From the NCBI RefSeq assembly GCF_009914755.1, contig NC_060939.1: a stretch of 64,000 nt of DNA, one strand, 5' to 3'. Positions 1-13,974 of this stretch are shown one piece after another; within the stretch, counting starts at the first letter, position 1, and each line of letters begins with the position of its first letter. The translations under genes and the position numbers were made by a program. Source of the stretch: the human T2T-CHM13v2.0 reference genome, Homo sapiens. Under the pieces are notes generated by a model that saw nothing but the letters and a program-made list of their open reading frames with translations, searched no databases and was not told the origin of the DNA.

Positions 1-295
1 AAGAAAGTGGAATTTGAAATTTAAAACACAGTACAATTTACATTAGCATCCCACAAAATGAAATACTTAGATATAAATATGTACAACATAGGTACAAGAT
101 TTATTTGAGGAAAACTACACAACTTTATTGAAATAAATCAAAAAGGGAACTAAATAAATGAAAGGATATTCAATGTTCATGGATAGGAAGACAATATAGT
201 TAAGATGTCAGTTCTTGCCAAATTGATCTATAGTTTCAATGCAATCCCAATCAAAATCCTACCAAGCTATTTTGTAAACATCAACAAACTGATTC

Positions 296-583
296 TTGGG
301 AGGCCAAGGTGGGAGGATCACTTGAGGCCAGGAGTTTGAGACCAGCCTAGGCAATGTAGGGAGACCTTGTCTCTACAAAATATTTTTTAAAAAACAAAAA
401 TTTGCCACGCATGATGGCACACACCTGTAGTCCTAGTTACTCAGAAGGTTGAGGTGGGAGGACTGCTTGAGCCTAGAAGTTAAAGGTTACAGTGACCTAT
501 GATGAAGCCACTGCACTCCAGCCTGGGTGACAAAGCAAGATCCTTTCTCTAGTGAATAAATAAATAATAAGTAAATAAATAAT
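296..583 (+). mobile_element. 5'-truncated AluJ-type element inside L1
   Basis: ggaggatcacttgaggccaggagtttgagaccagcc plus right arm and (TAAA)n tail. Confidence 0.88.
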
Positions 584-656
584 TTTTAAAAATTGATTTC
601 AAAGTTTATATTGAAAGGCAAAAGACTCAGAATAGCCTATTGAAGGAGAAAGTATA

Positions 657-775
657 GACTAGGTGCAGTGGCATGCACCTGTAGTCCTTGGTATTTGGGA
701 GGCTGAGACAGGAGAATCGCTTGAGCCCAGGGGTTCGAGGCCAGCCTGGGCAACATAGCAAGTTCATATATCATT
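657..775 (+). mobile_element. Alu monomer (FLAM-like)
   Basis: Single-arm Alu sequence ending in cagcctgggcaacatagcaag. Confidence 0.8.
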
Positions 776-1305
776 TTTTAAAGTATAGTATTGGCAAAAG
801 AACAGACAAATAGGTCAATGGAATGGAATGGAGAGCCCAGATATTTGACAAAGAAGCAAATGTAATACAATGGAGAAGAGACAGCTATTTCAACAAATTT
901 TACTGTAACAACTGGATACCCACTTGGAAAAAAACATTAATCTAGACAGAGACCTTATACCTTTCACAAAAAGTCACAGACCTAAATGTAAAACTATAAA
1001 ATTTCTATTAGATAATATAGGAAAAATTCTAGATGACCTTGGGTTTGGCAGTGACATTTTAGATACAGCACCAAAGGCACAGTCTATGAAAGAAGGAAGT
1101 GGTAAGCTGGAATTCATTAAAATCAAAAATGTTTGCTCTGTGAACAGCACAGTCAAGGGAATGAAAAGATAAACCAAGGATTGGGAAAATATATTCCCAA
1201 ATGACATGTCTGATAAAGGACTGTTGTCCAAAATATATAAAGAACACTTAAAACTCAATAATAAGAAAACAAACAACCCAATTAAAAAATAGGCCAAATA
1301 TTTCA

Positions 1306-1690
1306 TCTGTATGTGAAATCTAAAAATGTTGAACTCATAGAAGTAGAGAGTAGAATGGTGGTTACCAGGAGCTGAGGGGAGGGGGATTGGGGAGATGTTG
1401 GCCAAAGGATACAAAATTTCAGTTAGATAGGAGGAATACGTTCACTATATTTATTGTACAACATGGTGACTATAGTTAATAACAATGAATTCTATTCTTG
1501 CAAATTGCTAAAAAAGTGGATTTTAAGTTTTCTCACCACCAAAAAATGGTAATTACATGAGATAACCCATATATTAGTAAGCTCAATTTAACCATCTGCA
1601 ATGTATACAGACTTTAAAACATGTTGTACAGAATAAATATGCACAATTTGTATTCATCCACTTATAAATAAAGTTAAAATTAAAAAGACT
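1306..1690 (+). mobile_element. L1MA-type 3' end
   Basis: gaactcatagaagtagagagtagaatggtggttaccag ... aaaatttcagttagataggaggaata and A-rich terminus. Confidence 0.8.
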
Positions 1691-2211
1691 TTTGTTCCAG
1701 AAAGAAGGTGAAAGTAGAAATATGTAATGTAGCATAGCGAAAATTTCCTCATATGGTATTAGAGAAGCTGCTTTAGTGATGATATATCCCCTTCCATGGC
1801 TAATGGTATGAAATGCAGGAAGCCTTGCTCTGGCATCCCCCACCTGGTTCTTCAGGCACAGTACTGCTTTTAACAATGAAGTTTGAGGGAAACCTAGGGA
1901 AGCTGTACCCTCTCACCCATCCTTATTGTGAGCACATCCTCTGAACTGCTAGTTTGCTGGTTCTATAGTAGACAGAAAAAGTGGCCCACTGCGGTCAAAA
2001 CTAGTCAAAAGTGTTTCCTATACTCGACATTTTTCTTCTTCTTTTTGGCCAAATTTTTATTCAGAAATTTATGTTAGCTTTAATTTTTCTTGCTTATAGA
2101 AACACATTTTCCCAATGATTTTTACCTACAGCCAGACACTGATGGTCATACTTGGCTGATGGATGCCTGTGACACAGCATTAATGTCTCTTCCCCATTCC
2201 TTGCCCCTCAG

Positions 2212-3020
2212 AAAAATGGGCCAAAACCTTCAGAAACACCTCACCAAAGAAGATATACAGATAGCAAATAAACATATGAAAAGATGCTCTACATCATATG
2301 TCATCAAAGAAATGCAAATTAAGCAGCAGGATACTGCCACACACCTATTAGAATGACCAAAATTCAGAACACTGACAACAAGAAATGCTGGAAAGGACGT
2401 GAAGCAACAGGAACTTTCATGCATTGCTGATGGGAATGCAAAATGGTACAGCCACTTTGGAAAACAGTTTGTTGTTTTCTTACAAAACTAAACATATGCT
2501 TACCATACAATCCAACAATTGCACATTTTAGTATTTACCCAGAGGAGCTGAAAACTTATGTCCACGCAAAAACTTGTATATGGATATTTATACAGCTTTG
2601 CTTATAATGGCCAAAACCTGGAAGCAACCAGAATGTCCTTCAGTAGGTGAATGGATAAACTATAATACATTCGGACCATGGAATATTATTCAATATTAGA
2701 ATGAAATGAGCTATCAATCTATGAAAAGACATGTGAGGAAATTAAATATATATTATTAAGTGAAAGAAGCCAATATAAACAGGCTATGTACTGTATGATT
2801 CCAAATATGACATTCTGGAAAAGGCAAAACCAGGGACACAGTGAAAAGATCAGGGGTTGAGAGGGGAAAAAAGGAGGGATGAGTAATCAGAACATAGAAG
2901 ATTTTTTTAAGGCAGTGGAACCGCTCTGTATAATACCATAATAGTGGATACGTGTCATTATGCATTCATCCAAACTCCTAGAATGTACAGCACAAATAGT
3001 GAACTGTAATGTAAATGCAG
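2212..3020 (+). mobile_element. Continuation of the old L1 (ORF2 end plus L1MC-like 3'UTR)
   Basis: [21 protein letters not shown] in ORF 2090-2356; typical L1M 3'UTR follows. Confidence 0.85.
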
Positions 3021-4164
3021 TGTGTAGGTGTTTATACAAAAAAACAGATGGAAAGATTTTGTACATAGCTCTATGTGAAAATGTATTTATTTATTAAGAG
3101 CAAAAATATGCTTATTTCAAATTTCCACGTACGACTTTTTCAAAAAGACACGATCCACTGAAATAACCCTCCAAAAGAATTTCTATAATCTATAGCAGGT
3201 GTACATGTTGTTAATCAAGTGCTTAATGTTACTCGAGCTAGCCCATTAATTTTAGATCACTGCAATATATGGCATGGGTGAAATTATATTTTTATAGGCT
3301 ATACATTCATTTTATTGTACTTTGGGGCCTTTTGTAAAATCAATAAAAACATTTTCATGCTTTTTTTCTAAGACATGAAATACAAGTTTGCTATTTAAAT
3401 ATAAAGGTGCACATTTGCATAGTTAAATTTATGACATAGGCTCTAACTGTGATTTATGCCACAGTATCAATAATAACATATTTTTGTGCAATATGCAAAC
3501 TTTCACGTGCATCACTATTCCTGTGGAAAAAAAAATGAAAGGAACCCAGTACGTAGCAACCCAATTTGTGACAATTTCCAGAAACTCCTGCAGAGAAAAA
3601 TGATGACTGTGAAAAACAGTTCCTGTTCTTTGAATTTGCATTTACATAAAGGAAAGTAGAAAATTAATATTATTATATAGATAATTCTGGCAAAAGAAAC
3701 CACAAAAAACCCTGCAATATCCAAATCAATAATGGAAATAAAAAGTATGGTTAGGTCCAATACTAAACAATGGCCTAGTTCTCTCTCTTTTTCAGGGCAA
3801 GGGGAGATAGGGAGGTTTAACTCTGTGTGTATTTACCATCTGATGTTGGAATATTTTGAAAAGTTTTACAAGGCTTCAGATTTTCTTAATAAAGATTAAG
3901 TTGTCTGCTAATAAAATTAATCACTCTTAATGAAGGCAAAACCTTTTCACAGTACATGGGGGTGTGTAAAAGAAAGAAAATTATCTGTTGCAAAAACCCA
4001 GGGATTTTTGATATTTTGATATATAGCTTTACAGAGACACACATACATATGCGCTCATATATGCAGTCCTCATTTTGCTTTTGTTTTTCAAAAATGGAAG
4101 CACATGAAATAAGCTCTTCTATGGCTTATTTTTATCTGTCAGTATATAGTGGATATCTTTCTTT

Positions 4165-4299
4165 CTTTTTTAAAATTTTTGTAGAGATAAGGTCTTAGTA
4201 AGTTGCCCAGGCTGGCCTCAAACTCTTGAACTCAAGCAATGCTCCCTCCTCAGCCTCCCAAAGTACTGGGATTACAGTCATGAGCCACCATGCCCAGCC
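4165..4299 (-). mobile_element. Alu left monomer (FLAM_C-like)
   Basis: Reverse-complement Alu arm ending in gagccaccatgcccagcc. Confidence 0.85.
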
Positions 4300-4450
4300 T
4301 ACAGTGGATGTCTTTCTATGCATTAAGTGTTAATATATACCATCACTTTATATTTTTAAAATATTTTGTATAGTTTTAATGTATACCATCACTTTAAATA
4401 GTGAGTTTTTGCTGCCAATCTCAGAATATACATGATAATTCATATTTTGA

Positions 4451-4742
4451 GGCCAGGAACAGCAGCTCACGCCTGTAATCCCAGCACTTTGGGAGGCCAA
4501 AATGGGCAGATCACTTGAGCCCAGGAGTTCAAGACCAGCCTGGGCAACATGGCCAAACCCCATCTCTACAAAAAATTAGCTGGATGTGGTGGCATGTGCC
4601 TGTAGTCCCAGCTACCCAGGAGGCTCATGTGGGAGGACTGATTGAGCCCAGGAGCTCAATGCTGCAGTGAGCCATGGAGCCATGATCATGCCACTGCACT
4701 CCAGCCTGGGCAACAGAGCCAGACCCTGTCTCAAAAAAAAAA
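4451..4742 (+). mobile_element. AluJ-type element
   Basis: Full dimer with J-type gatcacttgagcccaggagttc and short A tail. Confidence 0.9.
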
Positions 4743-6710
4743 TCTTGTCTTACTGCATTGATTAACACCTTCAAAATAACGGTAAATAACAGTAGCAATT
4801 GATGATTGATATCCATGGCTCTTATTTTCTTTTAAAAAAAGGATTCTTGTATTTTACCAGTAAGAACTGTTGGATTTTGAAATGAGAGGTTTACATTTTG
4901 AACATAGCAAAAAATTATCCTATTCTAGTTTTGTATAAGAGCTATAATCAAGTTGTACTTAAAGTTTTTTTTAAAAAAGGTTCTATAATAGTAAAAATAC
5001 ATTCACTTTTCTGGTAAGCATCTTTGTGTTACCACTCAAGCCATCCATTCAATAAATATATATTTAGCTAAACATTGTCCTAAGCACTCGGGATAAATAT
5101 AAGGCCCACACTTTCTAGCACAGTTGAAGGCAATTACTTTTACTCTGAAGCACCTATGGGACACAGCCCAACAGTGTGGCAGGAGAGCAATGGTACTAAA
5201 TGGAGAGAGGGGGACACTAACTAGAGGGGCTTATTGTAATGGAGAAGGGAGGCAGATCAAAGCACCCCCAAGTGATTCTGATATGGCCACCCAATTGGGC
5301 ACTGGACTTTGGTAATATCTAACTTTAATTTAGGGTTTTACGGTTTTACTTTATAAAACTTACACGATGTTTTTACCAACATCATTTACTTTACCCCTAA
5401 CAATAAACTTCACGTTAAACATTATCTCAACATTACTGAAGAGGAAACTGAAAGTTGGAATTGTTTAGAGGTCAAAGCTAAGCCGAAAATCAAAACTTGT
5501 GCCCTTTGTACTTACCCTTGTAAAATAATTGAATAAATGTAATACATGACTTAATAATTTTCATAATTTTTGGCAGTGGGATCTATAATTCATTCTTCCC
5601 TGATTTTTTACCCAATCTCTCTCATTTCCTCCTTCAAGCAGAGAATCACCTCTTAATCACAACAGGCCTTTCCAACCAGTGTTTTTTCCCAATTCTTCTG
5701 AAGTACAGGAATACCTAAGACCAGTTCCCCAGGAAATTCCTGGGTTCTTGACGCACATTGACTTACGCTATCAAGAGGTAAGAGAGAAAGTGCAGGGCCA
5801 AAGTCTGTGCTGCACTACGAAGCATTTTGGCTTTCTATCAAGCTCTCAAGGCTTAAGGCCATTACCAGGGAACCAACACCTTCAGTGGATAGCCACACTC
5901 CTATGGCTTCCAATCAAGGGCAGCCTGCTTCTTCTCCAGAATGAAGACTGCTTCAGTCCCAGAGCCCTTGTCCTAATCTACCTCAGTTACGGGGCACATG
6001 TGAAAGACTGTTTGGGCAAAGGATGTTGTATTTTTCTGCCTCTTTGCAACTTAAGGAATATGAGAGGAAGAAAAGTGGTAGAGGGAACTCAGGAGGCCAG
6101 ATCAGAAATTCAGTCTCTGCTGAAAACTGCCCCAGATCTCACTGCTAAAGTGGGATCTTGAGAGCTCTCTGGCATATTAAATATTCATCAAAAGTCAAAC
6201 ACTATTTTTTCAACATTTGACTGAATAAAAGTATAAATTTGTCCCATCTCTACTCTTGGATTGCTGTTATACATAGCACTAAATTACAGTTTTAATGAAG
6301 TCAGTTTAAAAGATGAGGAAAAAATCCTTTGTAGTTTATTCCTGCCTTTCATTTTCTCTTAATTTAATCATAAACTAAAGAGATTCATAAATGTTTATGG
6401 AGGGTAATAAAGTGATATTTTTAATACAAAGGTTGCTTATGTAATTAAGCATACATTCTATGACATTCTATGTAAGTTGAAATGGTTTGCATGAAATTGA
6501 CAAATACTTATATCTGTTTTATTTCTCTCTGCATTAATGACAAATCATAAAACAAAAAGAAAAGAAAAGTAAGTTCCTGGCAATGTAAGTACCTACAGTT
6601 CGCAAATTGAAACTGCAGATGCTGCTAAAGACTGTATCTTTTTCTTGGAAATGTTCCATTAAATTTAATTAGATTTCTCATTTGCTTTCCTTTTCACTCT
6701 GTCTCTGGAC

Positions 6711-6754
6711 CTCTCTCTCTCTCTTTCTCTCTATTTTTCTCTCTCTCTCTCTCC
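6711..6754 (+). repeat. Interrupted (CT)n microsatellite
   Basis: Directly visible. Confidence 0.9.
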
Positions 6755-7769
6755 TCTAGATATTAGGAGAACACTATATAAGTTGTTTTAAAATGGCCCA
6801 CATAATATGAATGAAGGAACAAATCACCATAAGAAAAAAAAGTGCCCATTTTGTAATCCTATAACTATTACATGATAAATTGTCCTGAACGTACTGCTAC
6901 CTCAAAGCACCCTGACCATTAACTAATACCGTGATGCTCACGATATCCATACTCACTCTTCATAAGCTTTCCTTTTCGAAATAAAATGGAAAACTCTGCT
7001 TAAAGAATTAAAATTATATCCTATATATTTCAGGGGTTTTTTTGTAAAGAGAATTGGAAGTGATCTAATCTTTTATTGTTATAGCATTTTATCATCTGGC
7101 TGTCAAGAGGTGATTCTTTTTCCTCTGAAATGATCTACTCTCTTTTATGTTTCATGTTAGCATTTCAAATCAAGTAAAATGACATGTTCATGATGTCCAA
7201 GAAAATTGAGAGGAGCTACTGAATTGTGTTTCCCTAAGTTCATTTACACTTTAGCAGCAAATCTTGATGATCAGAGCCTAAGGATGCCTAAGTTTACATG
7301 GAGTGGTAATGGTTAAGTAAATTGATTTGGGTAATTTTTCAACCTCATCTACACCACGCTAAGACCAAAGTTCTCTAAAAATTTCTGAAATAATGATTTT
7401 TATATAGTTTCATTAAAAGTTTTAAAAGTATCTATCAGCATTTTCTGTAAAAGTGTCAGGCTGAAAAGATACCACTAAACAGTCAGCTCAAAAAAGATAG
7501 TAGATAAAATATGATGAATTGCCACATCTGCATTTCCTATGTTTGCAAGCCACCAGTAAGACTGCATGATTTCCAAGTTGGAGGACAGAGTCTAGGAATG
7601 TGAAGGATGAAGGGTTTCTTGTGCACGTTCTCTTGAGCACGTACGCCTTCAGAAGGTAGATAGGCTAACCTGCATCACTGGATAAAAACTGGATTTCCTC
7701 TTACTTTTTCATGTGTATGTGGCTCATGTAGATTTTGGTATTTTTCTGGAAAATATGTTCCCGCTGTCT

Positions 7770-8660
7770 ACTGAAGTAACTGTGTAATAATTTCCAATTT
7801 TCTGCTGGGCATCACCTCATGGACACCATGCCAACCCTTTAAACTCCATTTACCCAAAACCATACTCAATTATCCCCCCATTAACCTTTTCCACCTCATG
7901 TTTCTTTTATCAAAATTCAACTTTTCTTAAATTTGGCCAGACTAAGAAACTTGGAAAAATCTCCCACATCCCCTTCCCTGACACTCAAACATCTACCAAC
8001 TCTGCTGTGTCTTCTGGTGTATGTTTCCACTTTTCTATAGATTCTACCTCCATTAAAGTCATCTTCTGTCCTGACCCCTACATTAGCATTCTTACGTCTG
8101 AAACCTCTTGCTTCTCCAAGCTGTATATCCTCCGGCTTGAGACAGCTTGAGAGCTGTCTCTCACTCAAAAGCATTACAATCATCTTTTCCTAAAAAAATC
8201 TGTCTTCTAAACACATGAGGAAAACATTCAAACTCTAGCACATGCCAATTAAGGAACTTGGTACAATGATCTCATCCTGTCTCTTCCGTCACATTTCCTG
8301 TTACTTGCCTCCAAGAACACTAATCGTGGCCCCAGTATACCATGCCCTATCACCCTCCCCTGATTCTGCTGCCCTCTCTGCCCAAAGTACCTCTGTTAGA
8401 GTTTCTACCTGTAGACATTTATCTTCCAGTGTGACTCAGCTTATAGGCCCCACATCATGAAGCTTTTACAACCTGCAGTATTATGCATTTCCCCTTGTCC
8501 TATACATCCAAAGTACATTTTCTCTACCTCTGGATTTAGTATTTACAGTATTCTGCTACATGTGATGTTAACTCTTTGCACATCTGTCTCTTCAGTCAGG
8601 TTGCGTGCTCTCTCACTTATTATTCCATCCATCAAAAGTCTCCTAGGTTCATATCTCAGC
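7770..8660 (+). mobile_element. L2 fragment
   Basis: Pyrimidine-rich degenerate L2-like text; recognised by eye. Confidence 0.55.
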
Positions 8661-8799
8661 CTCTAATTCTAGACAGTAAGGATACCAAGACCTAGTTCCC
8701 TCTCTCAGGGAGCTCTGTCTAGTAAGTAATAAAACATGTTAATAAAGTTACATGGTGAGATAACTGTAATAAGGAAGTCCAAAGGGCAGAGAATAGGGA

Positions 8800-8975
8800 G
8801 ACAGTGTGATAAGCACCAGACTTAGATTCAGAAGACCCAAGTTCAAGGTCTGGCTCTGCTATGTAACTGGGTTATCTTTATAGTAAGCAAATTTCCCAGT
8901 TGCAGCTTTCTCATTTGCAAAAGGAGCACCCCTACCACATAGTGCTCTATAAGAACCAAAATAAAATTAAATAGT
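8800..8975 (+). mobile_element. MIR
   Basis: agacccaagttcaaggtctggctctgc ... tttctcatttgcaaaa MIR core. Confidence 0.6.
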
Positions 8976-8984
8976 AAATTTCCA

Positions 8985-9450
8985 TTTGTGCCACCAGATC
9001 TACTCTTAATCCTTTTTTCCCTACTCCCTAGAGGTTGACCATTAAGGGCTGCATCAGTGGGCCTTCTTGCCCTTTGTCTTCAAGTGAGGTTGAACCAATG
9101 AAGAGCACCTGCAGGGGATCAGAAAGAGGGAAGAGAGTGGGTGGTGATATGTATTTCCCCATCCCCTTCCTACATGTCACCCTAGGATGAGAGAGTCCCT
9201 TGACTGAAGGACACAGCTGCTGCAAGTGGGTCCTCTCTACAGTCTTCATATCTCCAGGTTCTGCTGGAGCAATTACCTCCCTCATCTGGCTCCTTAGGAC
9301 CTAGAGGTAGTAAAGGCCCCAGAGTAACTGGCCCCTGTGGTCTCCCTGTACTCTACCCACACCTTAATAAACAGTCCCTTTATTAAAGGCTCCTTAAATT
9401 ACCAAAGTCAGGTTTGCCATCTGTTCCCTGCCACGACTCTAAATGATAAA
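8985..9450 (+). mobile_element. ERVL-class solo LTR (LTR33/LTR16-like)
   Basis: 3' end ccctttattaaa...aattacc...tgccatctgttccctgcc resembles the LTR33/LTR16 terminus. Confidence 0.55.
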
Positions 9451-11037
9451 ACTGCTTTTGAAATTTTAAGTTGCTGTCTAAATGCAAGGTATTTCTCGTT
9501 TATCTCTGTGTAGCACTTTACACAAAGCAGATTGCTGCTATTAATAATAAATGGTGAAATGAATATATGCAAGAATGAATGAGTGAATGATCCTGCCCCC
9601 TTCCACTTTAGTTACAGTCTTATGCTGGGGATATATCCTTGTCACCTTGATTAGATTTTGTAATGCCCTGATTTGATTTGGGAGGTCCCCTTTTCCCTTG
9701 GAACTCACCGTCTCTTAGAGTATCTGCAGAAATGTCAGCCCTTGTATATTTCTAGTGGTTTAACTTGAAAGGGCCAACTTTGTTTCCAATTTCTAGAATT
9801 ATCCCCCTTCTCTAGGCTGCACATTTACTTGATACCAAAAATAGGTTACTTATTTGTTTATTCATATTTTTTCTTCTTCAACATAAAAACTGGCAAAAAA
9901 AAAAAAAAGTCAAAAGCAAGCAAATTGATTGTTCCTTTATTACATGGGAACCAAGATCATATTTAAGGAGTCAGCAGCCCAGACTGGGGTAGTTTTCTCA
10001 AAGCACAATAAATAAACATGAGGCAAATAAGTTCCTCTACTGCCCCCTTTTACAAGCAAAAGCCTAGCCAATGACTGGGCAATTGGATAGCCTAACCAAA
10101 AGATCTAAACAAAATAAATCACAGAATCCAGTAGCTTGATATTTATGAGGAACTGAAATAGAGGCTGATGGATTAGCTTTTTATATTAAATTAATTTATT
10201 TCCATCAATTATAAATTATCCTTGTCTCCTGAATGCTCACCTATCTCAATGATATAAGAGACAAGCATTTCTTCTTATTTTAATATGACAGTTACTGAGG
10301 TTGATGGCTTACAAATGAGAAACCGACCCCTGGAAACTGTCTTCAGAAAACAAATTTTTGAGTAAACATATTTAATAGTATGCCTTGAAACTGAGTGGGT
10401 ATTATTCATTAGCAAATAATTGCATAACTGGAATTCTTAATTAAAATTTGTGACGAGAAATGAATCTGTTTATTTTATAATTATGACCCAGAAATTCAGA
10501 ACATATTGTGGTAGTTTATGAACATAATTCCAAAGATTTTATTATAGCAAAAGAATTCATAACGCCTTAAACAGAAACTCTTGGAGGAAAAATACACACG
10601 CACACACACAAACACACACACAGTGTGTGCAATGATATAGTGGCAATAAGATTTGAAAAGCCAGCCATCGAATACAACTATAACCAAAATATTCAAATTT
10701 AATGGGTGCGTGATATTGTTAAAAACCTCTAACCAGTCCTTCTGGACCTTTTTGGATTTTCCAGAAAAGCTCTCAGCCAAAGAGGTTTTCATTTTAGCTG
10801 TGTAAGTGAATCTCAAAGGCAGACGACGGCAAATTCTGTGAGGCTCCTGTTTTAAGCTTTCCTTAAAAATATCAATTTGAAGTGATTTTTTCAGCATATA
10901 TCACAATTCAAGCTTCTAGAAGACAGCCACCAAGGAACATACCCTAGCAATTGTCAAATGAATCAGATAATGTTTAAATCTAACTTGGTTGCTGGGGCCA
11001 ACCTACTGATAAGAAAGTTTGTTGTAAAAATGTATAG

Positions 11038-11389
<352 letters not shown>

Positions 11390-11866
11390 TTAGGTTCGAA
11401 GGCCAGAGGGGTTTGGGAACCAGAACTTGAGCAGTACACTTCGTGGAACCAAACAAAAGTTAAACAAACTAAGTTTCTCTTGAGCCTCCTTCTAGGACAT
11501 AAATGAACCCCCCGTAACTGGGACTGGTGGAGGGAGCACTTCTTGCCACTTCACCACAGCTTAAGAGGGCATTTTGGACTTTAGACAACCCCTATTATTA
11601 AAGCCATACTCTAACAGTGTTTGCTTTTGATTTTTATCCCAGAACATCAGCTGCTTCCTGTCCCCCAAACATACACCACCCTTCACTCCCTTGCATATTA
11701 GCAGTGTAATTTTAATAACTTCAATATATTCAATGTTAATAAAATGTCCATAATAGTAAACATCCTATCTGAGAAGGCAAACAGGAAAGAAAAGATTGTT
11801 TTCATTTTTAGTGCCTCTTATTTGGAAAGATGGAAATTACCCAGAATTCTATTCTCTTTTCCTTAA

Positions 11867-11882
11867 CCAGTAGGTGGCACTA
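11867..11882 (+). promoter_or_regulatory. CTCF core motif
   Basis: CCAGTAGGTGGCACTA matches the CCASYAGRKGGCRSY core; lies in apparently unique sequence. Confidence 0.65.
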
Positions 11883-13974
11883 GTGGTTTCTGGCAATGAA
11901 TCAGCTCCCTGTACCTATAATGTAGGGGTTTTTGGGTGTAAAACAATCAATGCTTAAGATTTGGGGGAAGATGAGGAGCATGTGAACATATGGGCCTAAA
12001 CAGTAATTGAAACATTTATAGCTTAACCAAAGAGGTTTATTTTAATATAAATCTGCATGGTGTGAAATAGGTCTTATTATTCTTTACAAGTGATTCAGAG
12101 CAGTTATATGAATAATAGAATGTATATAATATACAGAGGTTTAAACTATGCTATGAATCCTATTGCAGATGTCCTTACACTGGATTTTATGTGACAAGCA
12201 AAAATTATTAAAAATTTTGACATTGAAGCACACATTTACTTGTAGTTTAGCTTTGAATATCTAATTGTGGGTTTTTACATTTATTTCCTGTGTTATCCAA
12301 GACATAGTTTTTAAAACTTGTGCTTATATCATTTTTCATAGAATGGTATACTAGAAAAAAAATAAGGATTGAGGGGCAAACAAACCGGGATTAGAATCTA
12401 GGCTACCACCTACTAGGACAGAAAACCCTAATAAGATAGTTATTTTAACCAAGCCTAGGTTTCTTTGTTCATAAAATGATGTCTGTCTCAAAGAGCTGTG
12501 GTGAGAATTAATACTATTGTATCTGGCCAGGATCTGGGATGAAACAGGTATCCAGTCAGTTCCTTCTCCCTTTGTCAGTTTGAATTTTGAGGTTGGCAGA
12601 AGCAAATAATAATAATATTAGGTGGGGAGGTTTGTTTTTAAAAACCAAGTTTTAAGTATATATTTTTAGAAGTAAATAAACTTTTAATTTCTACCACTTT
12701 TAATTAGTTTCATTATCTTTCTCCTTGGTTAAGACAGTCTAACATTTAATAGGTATTATTCAGCTCCAATTCTTCAAGGTCAGAGGCTTGGTTACTGTAA
12801 ATTTGTAGAGAGAAGTCTGTCAGGAATTTGGAGTCTCAGCTTTCTTTTTGTTGGGATATAAGCTGGCATTCCAGTATCCTAAGTATTCCTTTTCAAAGTA
12901 CAGATAAGCACAATTTAGTGACTGACTGAGTTGCCAGCTTTTTGTATGACCCACCCTTCAAAAAGTTCGTTTTGCTTCTGTTTGTTCAAATATCTTTGAT
13001 AAAATGATAGTCTTCATATCTCTTGTCTGTTTGCAAAAGAGCTAGTGTTATTAAAGGCTGTTTGCTGTTCATCTTTCTTATGGAAAAACAATATTTTTTT
13101 AAAGCCTTATTCTTATTTCGCTTGGGCACTCAGTGTCCTTCCACACAGTGACACCTACAGAGTCATTAGCAAAATTAGATAAGTAACTGATTTATTAGTT
13201 CCATAAATGCATGGTGTATTCCCTTTCCTCAGAGTGTAGAGCAAAAATTATTCATGCTGAGGTAGAATAATCAAAATGACTTTAAAAAGCACATTTTTAT
13301 CATTCTAAACATAAGCACTGCTGTGGTGGTATACTATCATACTACATAATAATAGAAATGAATTATGTCAGTAAAATCTTGAGGCTTAAGATTTACTGTG
13401 ATAAATATTTTTCATTAAAGTGAAATATCTTGGCAGAGTCACTTTCATATGCAGACTGTTGACACAAGGAGGCCAGCTGTGCCTATGCAGATGCCGAGAT
13501 TTGGGTCTATATTATTAATGATTTATCATGTCATGGAGAGCTTAGATTAGTTTTGAAAGCAATCCCTTGCCACAAAAGCACTTTCTATAATGTGCGAACG
13601 CAAGGAATACTATATGTGCATTCCAAATCAAAGTAATCACAGAAGCTGCAGCAACCTTTGAAATTTCAATACCTCTTTTTATTTTGAAACATGAAATTCT
13701 ACGTCCTAAATTTTATTATTCATTAAAATTCATACAAAATGTTATTTCATATCAACTGGATAGTGAGTGGTGTGTGTATCAGAATTAATAGACATATACA
13801 CATAGATAAGAAAATGAAGGAGATGGAATGGAACAAACATTTATTGCAAACCTATTGTGTAGCATGGACTTTTGCCCTTAATCTCACATTTAATGTGAGG
13901 TTGGATTAAGTTTCAAATTCAATTCTGCAGGATTCCCAGATTCTGCTGCCTTTGGAGAATCTATAAAAGCATTG

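Larger units (their letters stand above)
1..1298 (+). mobile_element. Old L1 (L1M-type) ORF2 3' region, interrupted by Alu insertions
   Basis: L1 ORF2-like text (tcatggataggaagac..., ttcaatgcaatcccaatcaaaat, LDDLGFG in ORF 924-1172); degenerate. Confidence 0.85.

Noticed and set aside
3020-3800. AT-rich stretch resembling a retrocopied 3'UTR or ancient transposon
   Set aside because: No TSD, tail or family signature that I can identify; needs BLAT/Dfam
5679-6161. 160-aa ORF
   Set aside because: GTG start, no recognisable domain or splice structure; likely chance
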